DNA of 56,759 nucleotides, counting the filler, from Cladosporium halotolerans (taxonomy: Eukaryota): the NCBI RefSeq assembly GCF_011745625.1. It is 2 parts of 2 records of this genome, joined end to end, with 100 filler letters (N's around TTAATTAATTAA, not from the genome) between each part and the next. Parts side by side here need not be neighbours in the genome. Positions count along the whole stretch, not along the records: positions 1 to 29,221 come from NW_027191531.1; positions 29,322 to 56,759 come from NW_027191532.1. The stretch is one strand, 5' to 3'. Position 1 is the first letter of the stretch. Every line of letters starts with the position of its first letter. The notes under the pieces were generated by a model, which did no database searches, was not told the origin of the DNA, and saw only the letters and a program-made list of their open reading frames with translations. Both the position numbers and the translations under genes were made by a program. Shown here piece after piece: positions 24,709 through 35,828 of this stretch.

Positions 24709-25291
24709 CGCCGCCGCCTGTGCGCGCCCTCCTCCATCGCCCAGCTGGCGACAAACGTCGCTCACTTCGTCCTCCCCGACCCAGCTTTCCTCACCACACA
24801 CCACCCACCCACGCCCTCTCCACCACCACCACTCCCAGCGCCACGACCTTTCCTTGTTTCCTTCCGCCTTGCCATAGACCTGTTTTAGTATTCGCCCCGC
24901 CGCCTTACCTTCTGTAATCCACCGCTCCGTTCCTGCCCAACCTCAAGTCGCGCCTGCCCGACCTCTTCCTCCGCCTTATCCCCGCCGCTCACGCCAGCCA
25001 GCCCAGCGCTGCCTGCTGAACGCTGAACGCTGCACGCCCGCCTCGCCGCCACCGCTCCACCAACCCTCTCCGCCGCCTCGCCAGGACACTCGCGATTGTC
25101 CTTGCCGTCGTCTTCCCTCGACCGCACCCTCGCCGACCCACACCCGTCGCGCGCTGTCGTCATCGCCCGCGCGCACACGACACCAGAGCTCCCGGCCCAG
25201 CTCTGTCGCATTCACCACCACCCTCGAATACATGCTTGTTCCGCGCATCAGGCAGCACCCAAAGGCTTTCTAGAGCCTTCCGCCTCCAGCC

Positions 25292-27361
25292 ATGCAGAGC
25301 ATCTTCCGCCTCCCCTGGTGTGGAGACCAGATCGCGTCCAAGGTGTCCGAGAAGCCGTCGCTCGACCACATGCGCTCTTCGCCCGCCGTTGAAATACCCG
25401 GCCTGAGCCAGTTCAAGAGGAAGCGCACAGCCAGTCCGGACCCGCAGCCCACACCTCACTCTCTCGCGAAGAAGCCGCGCCCTGCTGGCGACGTCCCGCA
25501 GCGACTGCCGTTGGACATCCCGCAGATGCCTGCGAAAGCGGACCCCGAGCAAACGACGTCTGCTTCCTTGGCCTACGCGACCCCGGGTGCCACCCCGACC
25601 ACCCTCGCGCATCGAGCCGACTATCTCTCCTCCAAGCCTGTTAGCACGGAATCGAGCATGGAATCCAAGGCTATCGCTACTGCTGGCCCCTCGCGCAAGG
25701 ACTCCGCCGTTGGTCCCCCTCGCCACGGCCCAACGGAGCGTAGCCAGGAGGATGTCGCCATGGATGATCCTCGTCCTGACGTCAAGCCCGAGACCATGCT
25801 GCAGCAGGCCATCGAGAACCAGATCAACATGCAGATCCTCATGAAGCACAACGAACTCCGCCTCATCGACCAGGAACTCGCTAAATGTCAGGTCGCGCTG
25901 GAGCAACTGAGACGTTGCGAGCTGCGTCCCTTCCCTGGAACCTCGAAGCCTACGGAGTCTGTCTCGAACGGTACTGGTCCCGCTGTCAACCCTCAGCCTG
26001 GTTTCACGAAGCCCTCTCACGCTGCGCCATACGGAGTGGTCGACGGCCCCTACAGCCGTCACTACAGGATGTGGTTGCTTGGTGACTCTCAGTTTGACTC
26101 CGAGCCTATCAGGGCCCAGAGTTTCGCCGACAGCGCCATGCACACTGCGAACAGGCCGACACGCAACAGCGGCTCGGCCAGGAAGTCCACTGGTAAATCG
26201 ATCGGAAGCTTTGCTGCAGACTTCCCTCCGAGCATTCCCAACTACCCGGCCCCGCCGGCGAGGAAGGAGAAGTCTGGTCCGCTCATTCTTCGGAGATCTA
26301 ACGATGGCAAGCTCGTCAAGCTGGTTTGCAACAACTGCAACCGTGGCGACATGAACAGCATTCAAGGTTTCCTGAACCACTGCCGTATCGCGCACAAGGT
26401 TGACTACAAATCGCATGACCAAGCTGCTCTCGACTGTGGCCGCCCTCTGGACGACCAGGAGATTGCGAACCTTCCCGCCGATGCTGGATCTATCCCGACT
26501 GCCAAGCCCGCTCCTCGACCTGCCCCTGTCCGCGCTTCGATATCTACGAGCACGCCAATGCACGTTCCGACGAGCACTGCCGTGCACCCTTTCAACGCCC
26601 CTGGTGCAACGCTCCCCGAATCCAGCCAAAAGCCGACCAAGAAGCGCAAAGCCGCCGCTGCCCGCTCCGTGGTCTCGCCTCCCGCCAACAACGCTGCATC
26701 TTCTGCCTTCAAGCCCTCGTCACAAGCGCCCAGGCTGTCCGCTTTATTTGCGAAGAACAGTTTCGGTGGTGACCTGAACCAGGCAGTTGCCAACGCAAAG
26801 CAAAAGGTCGACCTCGGCACCGAGGACGACACATCCTCGCCCGACCTCTCGACTCCAAGCTCTCCCTCGCTCCCAGCCAAAGGAACAGGCTCTTCCCTTG
26901 GCATGCCTCCCGCCCCAAGCGCTGTCCCGCGCCCGCCGAGCCGTAAAGGTCACCGGCAGCCGCAGCAGCGCCCTCGGCCCTCACCTCTGGCCCCAACCGG
27001 CCAACAACTGCAACCGACCCCTCTCGTCGCCACCCCGACCCAGCTCTCTGAGTCCCCGCACCTGTCCCCGCACACCGCCGACAGCAACCCGGGCATGATT
27101 AGCGATCTCGAGGACGACGACCACGGCTCCGCTTCGGAAGAAGAGACCGCGCCGCCGCCGTCTTCGCGCGCCACCATGCTGCCCGTCGCGCCGGGCCCGC
27201 GCGCCTGCGCCGCCGACAGCATGGACCTCGACGTCGCCGTCGACAACGAGATGGACGAGCACGGCGTCATCATTAGGAGGAACAGCATGCTCGGCTCCGA
27301 CGACAACGCCGACCGCCAGAGGAAGCTGGCTTCTGCGGCTAGCCCGTCGAAGCTCGGCTAA
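25292..27361 (+). CDS. Ahc1-like (ADA histone acetyltransferase complex component) C2H2 zinc-finger protein, up to 689 aa
   Basis: Coiled coil ILMKHNELRLIDQELAKCQVALEQLRRC, GPYSRHY and zinc finger LVCNNCNRGDMNSIQGFLNHCRIAH. The start codon is uncertain. Confidence 0.8.
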   Translation: MQSIFRLPWCGDQIASKVSEKPSLDHMRSSPAVEIPGLSQFKRKRTASPDPQPTPHSLAKKPRPAGDVPQRLPLDIPQMPAKADPEQTTSASLAYATPGATPTTLAHRADYLSSKPVSTESSMESKAIATAGPSRKDSAVGPPRHGPTERSQEDVAMDDPRPDVKPETMLQQAIENQINMQILMKHNELRLIDQELAKCQVALEQLRRCELRPFPGTSKPTESVSNGTGPAVNPQPGFTKPSHAAPYGVVDGPYSRHYRMWLLGDSQFDSEPIRAQSFADSAMHTANRPTRNSGSARKSTGKSIGSFAADFPPSIPNYPAPPARKEKSGPLILRRSNDGKLVKLVCNNCNRGDMNSIQGFLNHCRIAHKVDYKSHDQAALDCGRPLDDQEIANLPADAGSIPTAKPAPRPAPVRASISTSTPMHVPTSTAVHPFNAPGATLPESSQKPTKKRKAAAARSVVSPPANNAASSAFKPSSQAPRLSALFAKNSFGGDLNQAVANAKQKVDLGTEDDTSSPDLSTPSSPSLPAKGTGSSLGMPPAPSAVPRPPSRKGHRQPQQRPRPSPLAPTGQQLQPTPLVATPTQLSESPHLSPHTADSNPGMISDLEDDDHGSASEEETAPPPSSRATMLPVAPGPRACAADSMDLDVAVDNEMDEHGVIIRRNSMLGSDDNADRQRKLASAASPSKLG

Positions 27362-27827
27362 AAGGGAGCAGGAGACTCTTCCCTCCTCTCTCTCTCTCTC
27401 TTCTCTACTTTCTTCTCCACCGCTGATACATGAGTTTCAGCTTTTTCTCATTCCCCCCGACCTCCCGAGCGCGTGGCTGCGCCACCCTCGGGCCTTCGGA
27501 GGGGAGAAGCATTACACTGTTTTTTGAATAAATCTTTCCATGGCTTTTGAGCGTTTTTCCTCCCGCCTCCCCTCTTCTTTGGGAGACTCGCAGAAGAAAA
27601 ATGCAACCGAAGCAACCGAGCCCACCCCCTAACACCGGGCGGCTTTTTTTTTTGGCGCGTGTTTTGAATAGAAACGACGGAGGGCGGGCTTTGCGACGAC
27701 TGGGACGATCAAGGGAAAAAGCTGGGATGCTTTTTGCGCTTTTGCTTCGCTACAACAACAAGAAAGATGAAGAGGATGGACGGATGGATGGATGGATGGA
27801 AGGAAAGACGATGACGATGATTATAAC

Positions 27828-27850
27828 TACTCTACTCTACTCTACTCTAC
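27828..27850. repeat. (ACTCT)n pentanucleotide microsatellite; (GATG)n at ~27783-27799 and (CT)n at ~27385-27401 lie nearby
   Basis: Direct reading. Confidence 0.85.
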
Positions 27851-28554
27851 CCCGTGTAATAGATACATTCGATCGCGCTGCGAAGATGAGATGCTTTGCT
27901 AGATTCGATACCGTACTGTGTGCCACTGCGTCTTTTCTTGTGATGGACTCCGGGCTGTTTTGGGGTTGTGAGAGATGTGATCCCGTTGTGAAACAAATAG
28001 TACTTGCGAAACAGCGTCGACTCTGCAGTGCATCGACTCCGTCGAAGAATCTTGCTTTACGATCGCGTGTCGAGTGCACGTCTTCGAGTAAAAGGTACAT
28101 ACTGCTGCGGTTGCGAGTGAATGCGGCTTCGCGCTGCGCTGCGTTTATGTTGACATCGCTCGCTCGCTCGCGCGCCAAGCCTGCCACCTTGGGTCCGAGA
28201 CTTCGCCTCCCTTTCGATGTTCGGCACTGCGTCAACACCAAAGGCGAACAATCACATGGCAAGCTATCACAAGAATTGTTGAATACAGCCACTGTTCGAC
28301 TGTCGAGAAGGGCGGCGACTTCTTGCGACCCTGAGGCTTGCGTCGTCGCTGTTGTGTTGATCGACTGGACTGGACTGGACTCGGCGCGGCGGGCGGAACT
28401 GGATCGATCGATTGATCGATAGGTCGCTGGACTGCGCTCTGAGAAGACGAGATTTAGAACAAGAAATCGACAAGCAAAACGCACCTTACGCTTTTGCAAA
28501 CATCACACCGACAAAAAGAAACCCAAACCCAAACACCAACTCTCATTCCCAAAA

Positions 28555-29221
28555 ATGATCTCCTGGTCCACGTACGCCCCCCCCACCCTCCCAAAACCAA
28601 AAACTCCCAAAAACCCCCAAACTAACCTCCCCCCCAGAATCCAATCCCTCCTCCCCCTCCTCCTCCCCCTGCTCCTCCCCCGCCTCCTCGCCCTCTCCCG
28701 CTCCCTCCGCTCCCGCCCCCAACACCCGCCCCACCCCCCCACAACCCAAACAACCCGCTCCCTAACCCTCCTAACCCTCTCCGCAACCCTCTTCCTCCTC
28801 ACCACCCTCCCCCTCTTCCACCCCGAAAACGTCTTCGCCACCACCTCCTCCCGCCTGCAAACCTCCGCCGGCGTCCTGCTCACGCGCCTGCGCGCCCTGC
28901 GGCCCCTGACCACGCAGGACGAGTTGCTGAGGCGCGTCTTCGACCAGGGCGGGCTGAAAGCGAGGTTGCTGTACGCGCGGTTCGGGCCTGCGGTCGCGCT
29001 GCACTGTCCGATTGGAGAGGTGGGGGAGCGCGCGGGCTGGGCGCTGTGCGCGCTGCCGGGGCTGGCGGGGTGGCATCTTGCGCACGCGGGGGTGGTGGGG
29101 TTGGCGACGAGCGAGGTGCTGTGCGGGCGGGAGGCGGCGGAGTGGAGGGTTTGGGGCGTTGTGGGGGCGGTTTTGCTGGGGGGCTTGGAGGTTTGGGCGG
29201 TGTTGGGTGGGGAGGATGGGG
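28555..29221 (+). CDS. Conserved fungal multi-pass membrane protein, 3'-truncated by the gap; probable intron 28572-28637
   Basis: Spliced start MISWST|IQSLLPLLLPLLLPR; motifs PENVF..TSSRLQT and RLLYARFGP; hydrophobic segments. The intron is GTACGC..ACTAAC..CAG. Confidence 0.75.
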
Positions 29222-29321
29222 NNNNNNNNNNNNNNNNNNNNNNNNNNNNNNNNNNNNNNNNNNNNTTAATTAATTAANNNNNNNNNNNNNNNNNNNNNNN
29301 NNNNNNNNNNNNNNNNNNNNN
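29222..29321. other. Assembly gap with synthetic six-frame-stop linker TTAATTAATTAA (29266-29277)
   Basis: 44 N + TTAATTAATTAA + 44 N = exactly 100 nt. Confidence 0.97.
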
Positions 29322-30586
29322 GAAGACCCGCCGACCAGCAATCACGAGCATTCGAGAGTGAGAGAATGCATATTGTCAAGATGACTCCGCGGTGAAGGAC
29401 AATGAGTTTGGGGGCTGTGTTTGATTCAATCTCTTCAAGGTGGACGTAGACTTTTAGACGTAAACAGAGTGTTGCCCTTTAGGTGCTTAGCGCCGGGCGG
29501 AATAAAGTTCATCATCATCGTAGGGCCACACGGCCCGAACCCAACGCTTTCTGCCATGCCACACCTCGATCTCATCGTAGGATTCAACTCTAAATTACGG
29601 CAGCAACCTTGTGTGACTTGGATAATATGTAGCCTTCGCCACCGCCGTTCAAGACTGATCCTACCGTCTGCTCGTTTTCGCGCGTTTTTTCCTTTTCTCT
29701 TCCTTACAGGCTCTGGTGATGGGTAACGCAGCATACCAGATTTCGTCTGGAAGCTCGCGTCACGCATCGCTACCACTGAGCAAAATTGCGATGGAATCGA
29801 AACTAATGAAGATGGACTTGCAGGAGTCACCAAGAAGTCCATGCATTGGTCGACAAACGCGCGTCGGATTTTAGCCTTGGTGAAAATTGTTTCGGAACAG
29901 TCAAGTCAAGCCTTTTGTGTTGCCGCACGGCTTGAGGCGAACAGTGACGGGACGTTCCGGACCGCAGGTCCGTTAGTTGTCAAATCCCATGAGACTGAAC
30001 TTCAACATGACCCATAGGAGTATGCCTCACACATTTTGGCAACTTTGCAGGGTAGCATAGAGTCTCCGAACGGGCAAAGACCGCGACACCGAAGCGTGTC
30101 CGCATCTGGCCTTATTCAATAGTCGGCGGGCCCGAAGGCTAATCCTGCAGAGAGGCCAGGCTAGCGCCTCTTTGCGTGACGCAACCTTCGTCAACAGTCC
30201 CTGGCGGCATCCATCTGGTTATTCGATATCCAGCTTCTTGTAGCGCACATGGGGCATGTGCTTTCAATTCGATTTGGACTCGGCGTCGCCTTTGCGCAAG
30301 CTTGAGGAAGAGCGCCAAATTTTGACAATATTACGGACGTCTGCGCGACCGACGCTCCCACAAATGGTTCGGTCCGTAGACAAACGACAAGACGGTGGCA
30401 AGAGCTAGGTGGCCAATGAACGACGACGTGAACGAAGGATACGGAGTGAAAACCAGAGGGAGGGTCTCGACTCGGCACAAGTGGAGTGCCGCAACACCTG
30501 GAAAGATGCTAATTAGTTTCTCAAGTGAATTTATCATTTCTGTTGATGCTGTACGATACCTTCACTCCCGCACCCAATGACTCATA

Positions 30587-31708
30587 CTAAGCGTCTTCTT
30601 CCCAAAAAGGGTGCGACATGATCTGGTCGATTCCTAGTCTCGCCTTGGGGTCTAAAGCCGTCATTCCCAAGATCATGTTCAACGCCTCAGGACCGAGCTC
30701 TTCGCCCCATCGCTCGAATCTGAGTTGTGGCTCGTCTTTCACCGTCTCATCGGCGATTTTGGCAGCTCCCTCTAGAGCAGCAGACCAACCTCCATCGCCG
30801 ACCACTTTCAGAACAGCGTCCGGCACTGGCCCAAAGTAACAAAAATGTCGAGTCAAAATCTCTTGTTCCGGCGTAATGCCACATTCCACAAGCTTCTGGT
30901 AATCTTTCAGGAGAAGAAAGTCACCTCCTCCTAAAGCGTAAATACACTTCGGACGAGCATTAGCATACTTCAACCTTCGAGCATGTTGCACTCACCATGA
31001 GGCCAAACGAGTAAATGTCCGAGGCTTTGGACATACCTCTTCCTGTCTGCCCTTCTGGACTCCGCCACATGACGTTGCCTATGTCATACGGAGTGGACAA
31101 TACCTTCGTGCTCTCCGATTTATAGATGAGATCGAAGTCGCCTAGGACTGCATTTGTGACGGTCTCATACTCTGCTCCAGTGGACTCGGAGTTCACTAGG
31201 ACGTTGTCAGGCTTGACATCTCCCGGAGTCAGTGAGTCAGCGTTACAATGTTCATGCAACCATGTTCATGGGGGCAAATACCAAGGTGAATCCAATCTTT
31301 GCTGTGGAGCTCTTGTATCGCCTCACCCACATGTCGTAAAATCTTTCTGCGTCCTTCTGGAAGAAAATTGGGATTGCTTTGGATCAGAGCAAGAAGTGTG
31401 CTCTTGAAGTAGGGAAATACCAGCACTCCTTCTTCTTGATTGCAGTCGGTGTGTAGTCGAAGCCGACTGCAGCCGTTAAATTCCAAAGCAAGGCGCTGAG
31501 ACAATTCATAAAACTGTCTGGGCACGCGCTTCACAACGAAATTCTCATCACCAGACCTGAGTATACATGTCAGTCCATGCTTGCGGTACGTGAATCGTTG
31601 GACCTACTTGGCCATAAAGACGCTGAGCGCAGGATCTGTCCGATGGCGTTGGAGCACTTGGCCACGCGTGTACCTGCGGCCAGACTCACCCACCAAAGTA
31701 GATGTCAT
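30587..31708 (-). CDS. Atypical fungal Ser/Thr kinase-like protein, 319 aa; exons 31608-31708, 31282-31556, 30996-31219, 30587-30946
   Basis: FVVK lysine, WIHLDVKPDN catalytic loop (spliced), LGDFD, GNVMWRSPE, DIYSFG; 960 nt in frame; no glycine-rich loop. Confidence 0.85.
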
Positions 31709-32438
31709 CTTGCGGGTCGCACGGTCCGCCTGGGCAAGTAAGGTGCTGTGACAAACAAATCGATTGAAGAGCATTGATAGAAAAGACAATCGACGTTTGA
31801 TGCAAGCTGTATTCTCTTGGAAAGTACCTACGTTGCTAACGAGGCTCACCCTGAACTATTTTGGTGAGCTTTGCTCCGCAATGCCAAGGAGCTAGCTAGG
31901 CGCTAGGCTGCAAGCTCAGCCAATCCACAAGATCCTTTGAGCCAACGATCTTGCTTTAGGAGTTGGCGCCCGGAGGCAATTGTCAGCGAGGGTTGTAACT
32001 TAGACGATTTGATAGAAGATTCTGCAACCCGCCCCGCGAGTAGGGGCCCGCGCGACTAGGGGCCCAATCATATTCTATGAGAGTCTCGAGATGCGGAGTG
32101 CACTATCAGTACCGCAGGCACGAAGACCACACCAATAGAAAGGGTGAAAAGTAGAGAAGTGTGCCTCCGATACGGAATAATCTTGATACTTGAAGCATAG
32201 GCTCAAAGTATTCGCCAGCCGACATCTCAATAAACGCTGATGATATCCAGTCGAGTGAACATGACTGCGTACAAGCGAGTATGGCTACCGAGCCTTCATC
32301 AGTACGCGCCCTTGGCTCTGTGTCTATGCTTATGGAGAAGTATAAGACAGCGTCAAAGAGATCGTTGTCCGAGACTACATATCCACCATCCGCTTTGCAC
32401 GATTAAGCTCTTGATTGACACGAAAACAATTCGCAAAT

Positions 32439-32795
32439 ATGCCGAATAAAGTGATCAGCATTTCGACCATCAAGACAATCTCAAATGGCGGTCGACAGAT
32501 CACGCTCCAATACGCAACGAAGACAGACACTTGGAACCGCTACAATCTCGCAACAGATGTGCAGCAGAAGTTCGCGAAAGCAATGGAGAAAGCTGACGTC
32601 CCGGCAAGTGCTACTACAGCTATCATGGCGTGATTCAGCCTTCTGTTCCTTTAAGGCGTGCGCAGATTGCTGACCTTACATGGTACTAGTGAAACGGAAC
32701 ATCCCAGTCAAAAGGATTCTTATCCTCATTACACTACTGTCTACCAGGACAAAGACGGAAACCACATCACCACGAAGCATGTCTATCCCAAATAA
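32439..32795 (+). CDS. Small hypothetical protein, 98 aa; exons 32439-32629, 32690-32795
   Basis: The intron GTGATT..GCTGAC..TAG joins MPNKVISI..AIMA to ETEHPSQKDSYPHYTTVYQDKDGNHITTKHVYPK* in frame (297 nt). Confidence 0.7.
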
Positions 32796-32999
32796 CACCC
32801 AGAAAAAACGAAATAAGACTGATGGAAATGGTACGCATGTGAAAGTTGAGAGAGACACCAAATCCGTCGTCTGCAGGTACCAGCAATTGCAGTGGGCACG
32901 AGAACCTTGGCGAGCCTTTGGCAAGGGATGAAGCCGATGCCGTTTACCTGAGTGCGAGGTGTTTCTAGCAAATTCGCAACGCACTAATTATTCGCAGGT

Positions 33000-33305
33000 T
33001 TACATTGAAACTTCAAGTCGTTTTTTTGCGTTGGCGCTCAAGCCCATCCGCCGGCTCTGCATATCGCTGTGGAACACAAGCACTTCTATCGTGATGAGAT
33101 CGCTGAGCAACACGCCGGTCCCATCCATGTTGCACAAGTTCTTCTGCAAGACTTCACGTTCGGAGAGCTGCATGCTCATCACCTCGAACTATTCCTCCAC
33201 CCTAGCACGTGCATACTTCTCATGTCTCTACCAGTCAATGGCTCTCATGCGCGCGCCTTTCAGTTCGGGATGGCGCTTGTAGAAAGCTTGAGGCCAGTCT
33301 TACCA
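33000..33305 (-). mobile_element. Degenerate pogo/Fot1 (Tc1/mariner superfamily) transposase fragment
   Basis: WPQAFYKRHPELK, then a frameshift, then ARMRAIDW*RHEK..EE*FEVM..NLCNMDGTGVLLS, matching the NMDETG first-Asp motif of DDE_1 transposases. Stops and frameshifts are present and no TIRs were found. Confidence 0.8.
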
Positions 33306-34208
33306 GACCTATCTCTGCTGTGGCGTGAGTAATTGCTGTTTCTCGGCGCGCTGACGCCTCGTCTGGCGGCCATGCGTGCGACGCCACCGGGTCGATACAG
33401 GGACTTCATGCGGCGCTTCGATTACAGTCGTTCCAGGTGCGCACAGCAGATTCATAGAATGTATTGCAATGCACGTGGCTATTGCAGCTGATGCTGCAGA
33501 TCACGGAAGGATTCAAATTTACAGTCCAAATTATCTGACAACAACGAGCGCAGGGAAGAGATCACTGGCGACGACTCTTTAGTCATGTTGCATCGTGTAA
33601 TTATCGACTGTCTAGACTATTTCAAGGGTAATTGTACATGTCTTAGGTGTGACATCAGTTTAGGCCATGTCAAAGGCGCCTGACAGTGGTTGGATAACGA
33701 TACTTTTGTGTTGGCAGTGTTGCATTCAATAACTCCTTAACCTTACCACACACTCTGAACAATATGCTTGCCACGAATCCGGACGGTTTGCCCTTTGGAC
33801 AGTGACACAAATCAAACGGAATGGCGGGGCGAGTGATGCCATGCTTGAGTCACGTTGCCTTGTGCGTAAAATCTGAGGGTGCAGTACCTCAAGCATCCGT
33901 GTGCATTCTATTTGCAAGCGATTTCTGCCTTCTCCATCCGAACTTGTATTCCAAGCTTTGCGCCGGGTAGTGTCCGCCGGCTGATTGCCGTAAGTCTACA
34001 TCAAGCTTTACTTCTCTACATCAGACGCTACCATCTGCGACAAGCTGTACCGTGGCCATGCAGTACGCGCTTGATGCCGAAAGTCCCCATCTCTCGCGAC
34101 GTTTGATCGCAGAGCGCGATGCGCGATTACTGTATGAGTAGCGACACTGCTGCTTCTCACCAACTCCACCAAGTCTTGCCTCTTTCAGTCTCTAAACATA
34201 CATGTATC

Positions 34209-34233
34209 GGGGGGGGGGGGGGGGGGGGGGGGG
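34209..34233. repeat. Poly-G tract (25 nt)
   Basis: Direct reading. Confidence 0.9.
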
Positions 34234-34366
34234 TGTTTGCAATACTGTAGCAACGCTGGCGTTCCAACCGAAGGTATCTCACTCTGACGTGTACCTTTTG
34301 AGCCGTGACAAGCTTTAGAGGGCCGAAGTACGTGATTGCCTGCGCCATTCATGCTGTAGCTCAGCG

Positions 34367-35719
34367 TCAGGGAGCTTGGGCTGCAGCTATCCCAGATCCG
34401 TGGCACGCGCCCGTGTTACCGACGTCGCGTGCGCTTTCTAGGTCCGCCAGCTTTGATCCGAGGTCGAGGTATGCGCCCAATGCCTTCTTCAGGGCTTGAT
34501 CCCTCTTCTGCTTGAGCTTGGTCTCTACAACCGTGCACTTATCAACCATGCTGGAGCAATGATTTCTCAGCGCTGTCAACTGTCTCACGCCACCCTTTAC
34601 CAGTCTCGGCATTGCTCTGAGCTGTCTCCCGTCGCGCTCTCGACTAGCGGCGATTATGCCGTTGGTCAAGTCGTTCACGCAGTCGGGCTTCTGCGCGTAC
34701 CATGCGACCAACTTTAGCAACCTCTCGCGACCTTCTTCTTGCATTTTCAGCCTTTCGAGGCGAGTGTCTGTTATCTTCATCAACAGTCGTGCTTCTTCGG
34801 CATAAGCACTCGCGCGCGAACTTGCCTCAGTGATGAACTTGACGTCTCTTGTCGCTTTATCCGTGGACGAACCGTCATCCTGATCGAGTTCCGCTGACTT
34901 TACGATGTCGGTAAACCGTGGCGATATGGACTCACGCGGCGGTTCGTCTTTGGTGCAGAAATAAGCGGCCAGAAGATCACGCCAGAGGTCCGGGGTGAAA
35001 GATTGAATTGGCGTGTCGTTGAATAGAGATAGTGCGGCAGCTATCACAAAAACACCGCAGTTGTTGCCGTCGGTCTGGCGCATTGATGGAGGGAAATGGT
35101 CGACCTCTGTGGTTCTCTCTCCCTGCCAAAGACCGTGTTTCTTGAGAAGAACGTGGACGACCTTGAGAGTGTGCTCAATATACTTTCTGTTTGCCATGGG
35201 ATCGTACACGATGCAGCGGCGGCGCGCCATATCGTAGGCTGCCAACACCCAGTGAGACACACTCGACAGGTGGAGAGGAATCATGAGCTTCTTCGGCAGA
35301 TTGGCCGCGTCTTTTTTGGAGGAACTACTGTCACTTTGCTCGATCTGCGTGTTCGTAAGGGTTGAGAACACGTGCCAGACAGACGGATCCGGGTTGAAGA
35401 TTTCCAACAGCGAGTTCACACAATCGTCGTTGATCCATTCGTTCTGTGCGAGTAAGGAATAAGCTCTGTCCATCGATTGGTCGTCGATGAAGTACAGCTG
35501 CTTCGCCGATGCGCCCTGGTCGCGGATGGTGATCGACTTGTCAACAACATGATCTTGTCCAAGTTCTTGCTTCTCGCGCTTGCGTTTGAGCGGTGTCGTA
35601 TGGACGTCTTGTTCCGAAGGCGTTTTTTGAGACGTCGACGGGTCGACGACAGATGAGCGTGAGGACATCGCACTCCCCGACTCTGACGAGGCGGAAGTCA
35701 ATGGCCGTTGACTAGGCAT
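34367..35719 (-). CDS. Ulp1-like (peptidase C48) protease with C-terminal coiled coil, ~450 aa
   Basis: WINDDCVN, SHWVLAAYD, YDPM and QTDGNNCGVFV give an intact His/Asp/Gln/Cys set; NLS-like PLKRKRE; intronless; first ATG at 35719. Confidence 0.85.
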   Translation of the reverse strand: MPSQRPLTSASSESGSAMSSRSSVVDPSTSQKTPSEQDVHTTPLKRKREKQELGQDHVVDKSITIRDQGASAKQLYFIDDQSMDRAYSLLAQNEWINDDCVNSLLEIFNPDPSVWHVFSTLTNTQIEQSDSSSSKKDAANLPKKLMIPLHLSSVSHWVLAAYDMARRRCIVYDPMANRKYIEHTLKVVHVLLKKHGLWQGERTTEVDHFPPSMRQTDGNNCGVFVIAAALSLFNDTPIQSFTPDLWRDLLAAYFCTKDEPPRESISPRFTDIVKSAELDQDDGSSTDKATRDVKFITEASSRASAYAEEARLLMKITDTRLERLKMQEEGRERLLKLVAWYAQKPDCVNDLTNGIIAASRERDGRQLRAMPRLVKGGVRQLTALRNHCSSMVDKCTVVETKLKQKRDQALKKALGAYLDLGSKLADLESARDVGNTGACHGSGIAAAQAP

Positions 35720-35828
35720 GTTGTTTGCCAGCAATGACTGCTACATCAGTGCAGTGGCAGCCTAATGGTTCGGAAAGAGGCGGAGAGAGGTAATGCGAGC
35801 ATTTGAAGCGCTAAATTGAAGGTACCAG

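Noticed and set aside
25160..26629. Long antisense or alternate-frame ORFs (also 3403-4509, 18362-19381, 17075-17683, 45803-46915)
   Set aside because: They overlap well-supported genes in GC-rich DNA and give low-complexity translations
27547..28499. 291-aa and 220-aa ORFs between the Ahc1-like and membrane protein genes
   Set aside because: They run through microsatellites and UTR-like sequence with no codon bias or domains
28760..28780. CTAACCCT repeats resembling telomeric DNA
   Set aside because: They lie inside coding sequence (LTL LTL) in a C-rich skew zone, which also shows such motifs can arise by chance
29266..29277. Palindromic TTAATTAATTAA as a biological site
   Set aside because: Synthetic contig spacer embedded in Ns
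29322..29900. Possible gene fragment on the - strand next to the gap
   Set aside because: No consistent frame, splice model or recognisable motif
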